Origin: Planctomycetota bacterium | Lineage (GTDB): Bacteria > Planctomycetota > SZUA-567 > H5-PLA8 | NCBI GenBank assembly: GCA_045863855.1 | Contig: BTVV01000065.1 | Span: 1 to 33,007 of the forward strand | Length of the DNA stretch: 33,007 bases | Direction: 5' to 3' | Translations under genes and position numbers: made by a program | In this document: one piece after another, positions 25,946 through 33,007 of the stretch | Layout: the number at the start of each line of letters is the position of its first letter | How positions within the stretch are numbered: the stretch's first letter is position 1 | Notes under the pieces: model-generated | What the model was told of the DNA's origin: nothing | Databases searched by the model: none | The model's input: only the letters and a program-made list of their open reading frames with translations

Positions 25946-27799
25946 ATGGCCACCGGACTCGGCATCGACATCGGCTCGCAATGGATCAAGGTGGTCCAGG
26001 TGCGCTGTTCGGGCGCCCAAGTCACCGTAACCGGTGCGATGCGTATTCCACGCCCCGGCGGTGGACTGGACTCGGGCGAAGAGAACGAAGGCGCCACCGT
26101 CGTTCCCCCTAATCTGGGCCAGGAATTGGCCAAGGCGCGCCTGCGCCGCACCGGCACGGTGGGCATCACCGGCCGAGACGTAAACTTGCGCTACATCACG
26201 ACGCCGCCGATTCCGCCGGACAAGCTGCGCATGTACGTAGACATGCAGCTTGGCGACAAGATGGCCGGTGCCGGCAAAAAGGGCTCCGAACCGCCCGCCG
26301 TCACTTACGATTACCGCATACTGAACATTCCCACGGGGCTCTCCGGCGACTTGGTGGTAATGGCCGGGGTGGCCAAGAACGAGTTTCTCTTTGGCACCTT
26401 CGCGGCGCTCAAGGAAGCCAAAGTCGATGCGACCCGCACGACGCCTTCCGCGTTCGGCCTGGTCCATGCGTACCTGCGCACGCAGCAGATCCCCGAGAAC
26501 GAGACGGTGGTGCTGGTGGATGTCGGCCACGAGCACATGGAGATCGCGATCCTGCAGGACCGCAGCCTCTATTTCGCGCGAAGCGCGCCCGGCGGCGGCA
26601 AGAAATTCGATCAGGCGCTCGACAAGCTCCTGAATCTAGGCGGGGACCGCATTCAGGAATACAAGCATCACCGTGCGAAGCTGCATCCCGATGGGACGAA
26701 GATGAACAGTCCGCAGGAACTTCAGTTCCAGAAGGCGCTCAAAGAGGCGGCCGACGGCATCGCCAACGGGATCCGCTCGGCGGTGATGTTCTGCCGCACC
26801 TCCGCGAAGCTGAAGAACCTCGACTACCAGCGCATTTACCTCTCGGGCGGCGGCGCGCGGCTGGCGGGGTTGCGGGATTACCTCGAATCCAAGACCAAAC
26901 GCCCGGTACACATTCTCGATCTGTATACGGGTTTGGACCTGCGCAAGCTCGACGCGGAAAGCGCGCGCTGCTTCGAAGGCGAGATTCCCGACATGACCGT
27001 GGCGCTGGGCTTGGCCGTGATCGACGCCGATCCCACGAGCATTCATTTCGAACTGCTTCCTGAAGCGGTGGCGAAGCGCCGCAACTTCCTGAATAAGACG
27101 GTCTTCGCGGCAGCGGCCGGCGTGGTCTTGATGGCCGGGCTGTACATGCCTTATCAAAACGCGCAGGCCAGCCTGTCGGAAGCGGCGGCGGCCAACACGC
27201 GCTTCGAAGATGAAGTCCAGAAAGCCAAGCAGGTGCGCGGGCAGTTCGAAGCCCAGCGCCAGAAGAACATCGAACTGGCCAAGCGCCACGTCTATTACGC
27301 CAAGCAGGCACGTCTGGGACCCGTGTATCTGGAACTCTTCTCGCAGATCCGCAAGGCGGCGCCCCAAGGTATGCGCTTTCGTTGGATGGGTCCACGCGAT
27401 CAGAGCGCCGATGCGCGAACCACGGGCAGCCTGAGCGCCGACTATTTCACGCAACCGCTGCGTACGGTGCGCGTGCGGGGATACTACGATACGGCCGAAA
27501 TCGACGGGCCGGAATTCAATGCGCGGACCGACCGCTTCTTTCGCCGTCTGAAGGAGGTGGCCGGCGTCGAATCGATTGCGTTGGATCTGGCCTTCAAGGA
27601 CACCGAGATGGGCTTGCAGCCCGGCTACAAGGGCTTCCAGTTCGATATCCGCCTCTCGGGGCCTGAAGCTCCCTTGTCCGAACCCGAAGGACCGGCCCCG
27701 GCGGGCGCCGGCGCACCGGCGCTGCTGCCGGTCAAGCATGGCGCCGATCCGGACGCGGCAAAAACGAAGCCGGCAGCGAAGTCGGAAGACGATCGGTAA
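25946..27799 (+). CDS. pilM: Type IV pilus assembly protein PilM fused to a PilN-like domain
   Basis: Actin-like motifs GIDIGSQWIKVV, VLVDVG, GGKKFD, IYLSGGGARLAGL, VALGLA, followed in frame by FELLP (PilN INLLP-like), one TM, coiled coil and an alpha/beta domain. Confidence 0.85.
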   Translation: MATGLGIDIGSQWIKVVQVRCSGAQVTVTGAMRIPRPGGGLDSGEENEGATVVPPNLGQELAKARLRRTGTVGITGRDVNLRYITTPPIPPDKLRMYVDMQLGDKMAGAGKKGSEPPAVTYDYRILNIPTGLSGDLVVMAGVAKNEFLFGTFAALKEAKVDATRTTPSAFGLVHAYLRTQQIPENETVVLVDVGHEHMEIAILQDRSLYFARSAPGGGKKFDQALDKLLNLGGDRIQEYKHHRAKLHPDGTKMNSPQELQFQKALKEAADGIANGIRSAVMFCRTSAKLKNLDYQRIYLSGGGARLAGLRDYLESKTKRPVHILDLYTGLDLRKLDAESARCFEGEIPDMTVALGLAVIDADPTSIHFELLPEAVAKRRNFLNKTVFAAAAGVVLMAGLYMPYQNAQASLSEAAAANTRFEDEVQKAKQVRGQFEAQRQKNIELAKRHVYYAKQARLGPVYLELFSQIRKAAPQGMRFRWMGPRDQSADARTTGSLSADYFTQPLRTVRVRGYYDTAEIDGPEFNARTDRFFRRLKEVAGVESIALDLAFKDTEMGLQPGYKGFQFDIRLSGPEAPLSEPEGPAPAGAGAPALLPVKHGADPDAAKTKPAAKSEDDR

Positions 27800-27856
27800 A
27801 CGCGCCTCCCTCGGCGGCCAAGCTGGGTGCCTGGAGCGGCGTATGGGAATGGAACC

Positions 27857-28774
27857 ATGTTCGCGAAGAACAAATTTCTGATTTTCAGCGCATGCGCCTT
27901 CGCGGGCCTGTGGATCGTGCTGTACTTCGCGATGGTCTCCGGAACCTGGAGCGAGCGCGAAACCCAGGACGCCGACGCGCAGGCACAGTTGGAGCGATGG
28001 CTGAAGTACTACAAGAAGGGCGACGGGTTGATGCCCGTCAAAGAGGCCAATCAGGCGCTTAAAGACGAACGAACGCGCATGAACGCGGCGCTCGAGGAAT
28101 TGCAGGCGCTGGAATTCGCGCCGACCAAACTGTTCCCCAAGTACACGATCACCGCGGTGGGCACCGGCGATCCGAACAACTACTTCGACCGGCAGCGCGT
28201 CGAACTGCGCGAGGCGGTCTCCAAGCGCTTGGGCCTCACGCTGGCGCCCGGCCTGGACGATTTGGGGTTCAGTGGAAATCTGACCCAGGACCCGGTGCCC
28301 CTCAATCTGCTGCGTCTCTTCGTGCTCAGCCGCTTCCTGACTTCGTCCAAAGGAGCCGGCGTCAGCGAGGTGCTGGCAATCAAGTTTCCCAAGCCCGAAG
28401 CGCTGCTTACGGGCGACGAAGCGGCCGAACTCGCCGTGGCAACCGAGAAGAAAACGGAAGCCGCGCCGGCCGGACCCAAAATACCGCGCTTGATTCAGGT
28501 GCCGCTGATCATTCAGTTGAGAGCGCCGGAGAAAAACCTCGCCCGCTTGCTCTACGAACTGCAATTGCCCAGCGAGCAGGCGCGCTCGTACTTCGCGCTG
28601 CGCGCGTACCAGTTCGAAGTGCGCGATGCCGCGAGCGGTCTGGTGGATGCCGAATTGGCAGTCGGGGCGCTTTTTCCGGAAGCGCAGTACATCGAAGAAC
28701 TGAAGATTCCCTACAAGGAAGAAGACAAACCGCGCTGGCAGGTGCCAGCCGGCGGTCCTTGGGGCGGGTACTAA
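27857..28774 (+). CDS. PilO/GspM-like membrane-anchored protein
   Basis: ATG 27857; N-terminal TM, coiled coil, C-terminal VPLIIQLRAPEKNLARLLYELQ..FEV..VDAELAV resembling the PilO fold; sits after pilMN. Confidence 0.6.
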   Translation: MFAKNKFLIFSACAFAGLWIVLYFAMVSGTWSERETQDADAQAQLERWLKYYKKGDGLMPVKEANQALKDERTRMNAALEELQALEFAPTKLFPKYTITAVGTGDPNNYFDRQRVELREAVSKRLGLTLAPGLDDLGFSGNLTQDPVPLNLLRLFVLSRFLTSSKGAGVSEVLAIKFPKPEALLTGDEAAELAVATEKKTEAAPAGPKIPRLIQVPLIIQLRAPEKNLARLLYELQLPSEQARSYFALRAYQFEVRDAASGLVDAELAVGALFPEAQYIEELKIPYKEEDKPRWQVPAGGPWGGY

Positions 28775-28836
28775 TAAGCAGTCAAGTCAACGCACGCCGA
28801 GTGATGTAGCGATACGGCCGTACGGGGAAGAACGAA

Positions 28837-29259
28837 ATGCAGGCGTTTTTGGATTCGCAACTGGGGCGCATACTTCTCGGTCTCGCGGTCGTCTGGACCG
28901 TGCTGGCGGCCTCGTTCAGTCCCGTGCGCCATGCCCAGTATCCCGACGAAGCGCAGATCAAGGATGCCTCGAACGTAACGGTGGAACTCGATCCGACCAA
29001 GCTCGCGACGGCCTCGAAGGAGAACTTTTACCCGGCTCAAAAGCTGGATTATTACGAAGACGGACAGATCGTCTGGGTTCCGGAGAAGAAGAAGTTCGAG
29101 TTTCAACCGATTGAGTTGGAAGTGCCCTCCGCCGGTTTGATGCGTCCAGCCATGGTCCTGCCGTCGCCGGGACCGTCGCTCACCGGCGCGCACGCACTGC
29201 CGCGCTGGGGCGATGAACTGCCGCCGATCCTGCCCCAAGCTCCGGATCCCAAGAAGTAG
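28837..29259 (+). CDS. Small Pro-rich membrane-anchored hypothetical protein in the pil locus
   Basis: N-terminal hydrophobic segment, host-like codons, purine-rich GGGGAAG upstream; no lipobox Cys. Confidence 0.7.
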   Translation: MQAFLDSQLGRILLGLAVVWTVLAASFSPVRHAQYPDEAQIKDASNVTVELDPTKLATASKENFYPAQKLDYYEDGQIVWVPEKKKFEFQPIELEVPSAGLMRPAMVLPSPGPSLTGAHALPRWGDELPPILPQAPDPKK

Positions 29260-29447
29260 TCGGTGCATATCCAAATAAAACGCTAAATCATCAGCTCTTT
29301 ACGCATACACGAGTTAGGCTGCGCGGCGGGTCCGTGGCGCACTGTAGGCTCGCCTCTTCCGGCGCTTGGCTGGGAGCCTCAATCGGCGTACCTTTGGGGG
29401 CAGCAACCGCCGCTCGCATAACGTCTTAAGAGGGACAGGAGCCGCTC

Positions 29448-31691
29448 ATGCCATTGCCGGTTCGAATCATCTGCGTGCTGAGTTTGTGGGTCGCTTTCGG
29501 AGTCTGCCCGGCGCAGGCGGAGGAGCCACTTTTCGACCTGCGCAAGTACGATGAAATTCTGACCAAAGATCGGCGCGAATTGAAAGGTGAAATCCTGGGC
29601 GAAGAAGAGGGCACCATCCGCTTCCGAGTGCTCCCCAGCAGAACGATCGTTTCAGTCAAGCAGTCCGATGTGGAAAAGATCAAGCGCAAGGCCACGCTGG
29701 ACACCGAGTTCGACCGGCTGGCCACTCAGCACGCCAACGATCCGCACAAGCTGGTTGAGATCTGCACGCAGGCCCTGAAGTACCAAGGCCTGGAAGCGAA
29801 GGTGCTCAAGACGCTGGAAGACAAGGCGTCATCGGGGCACGCGGCTCTGTTGGAGTTACTGGGCGAACGCCAGCTTGCGGCGCAGGAACCCGGCAAGGCC
29901 GAAGCGACGGCGCAAAAGCTCCTTGCCAAGCAGCCTTCAGGCGCGGGCTACCTGCTTTTGGGCAAGGCAAAGCTCGCGTTGGGCCAGAGCGACGCGGCGC
30001 TGGAGGCGGTTAAGAAGGCGCACGAGCAGGATTCCGAGAGCGCCGAGATCATGATCGCGCTGGCCGATGCGTACCTCGCGCGCGGCAAGCCCCAGGAAGC
30101 GCAACAGGTCTTCACCGACGTGCTGGCCAAGAGTCCAAGGCTGGCGAGCGCCCATATCGGACAAGGCCGCGTGCGCTTGCGGCAGGGCCAGATCGCCGAA
30201 GCGGAGATCAGTTTCACCCAGGCGCTCTCGCTCGAATCCGACAACTTCCAAGCCAAGCTGGGTGCGGCGGCGTGCAAGGTGCTGCGCAAAGAGTTCGACG
30301 AGGCCTATGCACTGGCCGAAGACGTCCTTCGCTACGAAAACCGCAGTGCCCAGGCTTACGGGTTGCAAGGGTATGCGCTGCTGCTCAAGGGCGACGTGAC
30401 GCTCCTGCCGAGGGCGCTCGAAAAGATCGAGCAATCGCTGGTCGAAAATCCGTCCGATCCCCGCGTGAAACTGCTCCAGTCCGTGGCGCTGGATCGCGCG
30501 GCCTACGCGGATGAAGTCGCCGGCAAAGCCGCCGAAGCCGGCCCGAAGCGCGACCGCGCCGTAAAGCTGTTGGGCGATGTAGCCGCCCTCGATCCGCCGG
30601 ACGATTGGATCCAGTACCTCCTGGCCGAAATGTACTGGCGCCAAGGGGATTTCGATCGCGCGCTCGGAAGCTTCAAACGCGCGGCGGAACTGGCGCCCAA
30701 GTACGCGCCCGCGCACCAGGCCGTCGGCGCGGTGGCTCTGAAGATGCATAAGTGGCAGGAAGCCGACGCCGCTTACCAGAAAGCAAGCGAACTTGATCCG
30801 GCCAGTGCGGAATACCAAGCCGGAAGAGGCCTTGCGCTCCTGGGCATGAACCGCCTTGCCGAAGCGCTCGCGGTGCTCAAGAAGGCGCGGGAACTGGACG
30901 CCACCAACGTATCGGCGCTCTGCGGGCTGGGTTACATCATGAACGCCGAGCGCAACGAACAGGCCGCGCGCACGCTCTTCCAGCAGGCTCTTGCCGCCGA
31001 CGGCAATTGTTCGTACGCCGCCGTCGCGCTGAAGTCGATCTTCTCGCAGCGCCATCAGACGCTCGAATACCTCAGCTTCGACACGCCCGCGCCGGACACG
31101 TGGCAGCCGCAGGGCGGCACAAAGGTTCGCGCCGAGGTGAAGGACGGCATGCTGCGCTGGCAAGGCTTGCAGGGCCAAGGCGACAGCCGCAAACTGGAGT
31201 ACCGCGCCATGCTGAAGGGCGACGATTTCCTGCGCCTGGAGGCGGACCTGTTCGCGCTCCCCAACGCCACGGCCGAACTGGGCCTTCGCCTGGCCGCGCG
31301 CAGCGGCACGGCGGTGACCTTCGAACTGGAGTTCGGCAAGGACTTGCAGGGCAACCTGGCATACCGCTACCGCGACTTCTCGGGACTGGGCAGTCAGTGG
31401 AAAGCCGTCGAACCTTGGCCGGCCAGCGGCAAGGTCCGTCTGGGCATGGCCGCCGAAGATCTGGCCAGCGGACGCGTCAGCCTCTTCGTCAACGGCATCG
31501 AGAAGGGCGCGCTGCAGCTTCAACTGCGCAAGCTCGACCGCATCACCGCCGGCGTCTTCGCCGAGGTCGCGGCGAAGCAGTCCGTCGACGCGGGCGCGGA
31601 CAACCTGGCGCTCCTGATGCGCCAGAACGAGCAGGCCAGCCAAGGCCCCGCTCCGGGCGAATTGATTCCACCCGACAAGGACAAGCCATGA
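29448..31691 (+). CDS. Secreted TPR-repeat protein with C-terminal beta-rich (concanavalin A-like) domain
   Basis: SD AGGAG; signal peptide ending AQA; many TPR units (e.g. AHQAVGAVALKMHKWQEADAAYQKASELDP); beta-rich tail including GRVSLFVNG. Confidence 0.85.
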   Translation: MPLPVRIICVLSLWVAFGVCPAQAEEPLFDLRKYDEILTKDRRELKGEILGEEEGTIRFRVLPSRTIVSVKQSDVEKIKRKATLDTEFDRLATQHANDPHKLVEICTQALKYQGLEAKVLKTLEDKASSGHAALLELLGERQLAAQEPGKAEATAQKLLAKQPSGAGYLLLGKAKLALGQSDAALEAVKKAHEQDSESAEIMIALADAYLARGKPQEAQQVFTDVLAKSPRLASAHIGQGRVRLRQGQIAEAEISFTQALSLESDNFQAKLGAAACKVLRKEFDEAYALAEDVLRYENRSAQAYGLQGYALLLKGDVTLLPRALEKIEQSLVENPSDPRVKLLQSVALDRAAYADEVAGKAAEAGPKRDRAVKLLGDVAALDPPDDWIQYLLAEMYWRQGDFDRALGSFKRAAELAPKYAPAHQAVGAVALKMHKWQEADAAYQKASELDPASAEYQAGRGLALLGMNRLAEALAVLKKARELDATNVSALCGLGYIMNAERNEQAARTLFQQALAADGNCSYAAVALKSIFSQRHQTLEYLSFDTPAPDTWQPQGGTKVRAEVKDGMLRWQGLQGQGDSRKLEYRAMLKGDDFLRLEADLFALPNATAELGLRLAARSGTAVTFELEFGKDLQGNLAYRYRDFSGLGSQWKAVEPWPASGKVRLGMAAEDLASGRVSLFVNGIEKGALQLQLRKLDRITAGVFAEVAAKQSVDAGADNLALLMRQNEQASQGPAPGELIPPDKDKP

Positions 31692-32215
31692 TTCCGTTCC
31701 GCACCGCTCAGCGCGCGCCGCGCGCCTTTACGCTGGTCGAGATGCTGGTGGTGCTCGCCATCGTCGCGATCCTCGGCGGGCTGATCCTGACCGGCGTCAA
31801 CGCCGCGCGGAAGCGCTCCCAAATCAACCAGACTCAGCTCATCATCACCCAGCTCGAACAAAATCTCGAAAATTACGCGTCCGATTTCAGCGAGTACCCG
31901 CCGTCCGAAGGAGACGACGGCGTCAAGGGTAACGAGCGCATGATCGAGGCGTTGAGCACCGAAGAGAAGAACGGCCCGTATATCCTGAAGAAGGAGTTCC
32001 ACTTCAGCGACGTGAACCACAACGGGCTCAAGGAAGTTCTGGACGCGTGGGGCAAACCGATCCACTACATTCATCACAAGGACTACGACCGCACGCCGCC
32101 CAACAAGCGAACCTTCCGGCTCTTCTCGGCCGGACCCGACGGCCGCCTCGATCCGCTCGATCCGCAGAGCGACGATGTCGTGAATTGGAATAAAGCCGAG
32201 GCGGACGAGCAATGA
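31688..32215 (+). CDS. GspG-like major pseudopilin (prepilin N-methylation motif plus T2SS-G domain)
   Basis: ATG 31688 overlaps the TPR stop (ATGA); RA|FTLVEMLVVLAIVAIL; YP, LDAWGKPIHY, FRLFSAGPDG, DDVVNW. The ORF-track start at 31007 is spurious. Confidence 0.9.
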   Translation: MIPFRTAQRAPRAFTLVEMLVVLAIVAILGGLILTGVNAARKRSQINQTQLIITQLEQNLENYASDFSEYPPSEGDDGVKGNERMIEALSTEEKNGPYILKKEFHFSDVNHNGLKEVLDAWGKPIHYIHHKDYDRTPPNKRTFRLFSAGPDGRLDPLDPQSDDVVNWNKAEADEQ

Positions 32216-33007
32216 CGCGATCGAGCCCGAAGGTCCGCGGCATCACCTTGATCGAACTCCTGGTGGTGCTCGCGATCGTCGGGGTGTTGCTCGGCCTGGG
32301 TGCCATGAGCTTCCTGCGCATCTCGAGGAAGCACAAGGAAGAGGGCGTATTGGGCAGCGTCGAGACGGCCCTGCGCGTGGCGCGCAACACGGCGTTGACC
32401 ACGCGTGCGCCCGCGTTCGTCGAACTGGACAATACATCCAGCCCGCCGCGCGTCGCCGCGTGGTCGTATCGCCTGGAAGGCTACTGGCACTTCGAGAAAG
32501 TTGGGTACGAATCCGGCGGCGCGTACGGCTTGCAAGCGCTGATCCACGGCTGCGAATCGGCCGAAGGAAAGGTCGGCAAATGCCTCAGCCTCGTCGCTGC
32601 AGGCGCGCGCGGGCAGCCCGTCACCGGATACGCCGACCTTGGCGAAGACACCGCGTGGGATCTTTCCGACGGCGGGTATCTCGAAGCCTACATCTTCGGC
32701 TACTACCCCTTCCAAGGCCCGCAGTATGTCTTCGCGAAGAAGAACTGCTATTCGTTGGTCATCGACCGCGGCGGCATCCTCGTCGGCAACGTGGGCTCGA
32801 CGCAGGTCCGCGCGCCGAATTTCGCCATTCCGCCGCTGCGCTGGACCAAGGTTGCCTTCGCCTGGGATAAAAATTCCACGCGCCTGCTGATCGACGACGC
32901 CATCATGGCCGTCGGACCGGGCGAACAGACGCCGGTCGAACAGGAATCGCTGACGGTCGGACACGAAAGTGCGCCGTTTTTAGGACGTATCGATGAAGTG
33001 CGCATCC
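32212..33007 (+). CDS. Prepilin (GspH/FimT-like N-terminus) fused to a LamG-like jellyroll domain, 3'-partial
   Basis: Hand-translated; absent from the ORF track because it has no stop in the window. ATGA overlap with the previous gene; MTRSSPKVRG|ITLIELLVVLAIVGVLL..LRVARNTA..EGYWHFE..EGKVGKCL..RWTKVAFAWD..RLLIDD..LTVG..FLGRIDEVRI. Confidence 0.88.
   Translation, partial: MTRSSPKVRGITLIELLVVLAIVGVLLGLGAMSFLRISRKHKEEGVLGSVETALRVARNTALTTRAPAFVELDNTSSPPRVAAWSYRLEGYWHFEKVGYESGGAYGLQALIHGCESAEGKVGKCLSLVAAGARGQPVTGYADLGEDTAWDLSDGGYLEAYIFGYYPFQGPQYVFAKKNCYSLVIDRGGILVGNVGSTQVRAPNFAIPPLRWTKVAFAWDKNSTRLLIDDAIMAVGPGEQTPVEQESLTVGHESAPFLGRIDEVRI

Noticed and set aside
31007..31687. Long N-terminal ORF-track extensions of the pseudopilin (also HlyD to 12009, GH123-like to 5103, tilS to 9097)
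   Set aside because: Internal starts with SD sequences, ATGA coupling or signal peptides fit better, and most extensions overlap neighbouring genes.

Overview
High-GC bacterial chromosomal window. The gene content (Hanks kinase with DLG motif, PilM-PilN fusion, GntR-LacI hybrid regulator, long secreted CAZymes) suggests a Planctomycetota/PVC-like organism, which is an inference. Left to right it holds: (1) a carbohydrate-degradation cluster (sugar isomerase TIM barrel, secreted heparinase II/III-like lyase, GntR-LacI regulator, secreted GH123-like multidomain protein); (2) tilS; (3) a compositionally distinct islet with a TRIC/UPF0126 membrane protein, ended by a 170-bp palindromic MITE-like element; (4) a TetR-regulated ABC/HlyD exporter with a clear sigma70 promoter and tandem operators; (5) trpG/pabA and xerC; (6) a minus-strand run of a lectin-like-tipped Ser/Thr kinase, a PIG-L deacetylase and a DUF3352-like protein; (7) a GT87 glycosyltransferase and an atypical folD lacking the cyclohydrolase lysine; (8) the start of a type IV pilus/T2SS-like locus (PilM-PilN fusion, PilO-like, small membrane protein, TPR protein, GspG-like pseudopilin, and a prepilin fused to a LamG-like domain that the ORF track misses and that runs off the window). 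No rRNA, tRNA, CRISPR array or transposase was seen. The best candidate for an undescribed system is the T4P/T2SS-like machine with lectin-like modules. The MITE-like element and the folD variant are the most sharply testable observations.
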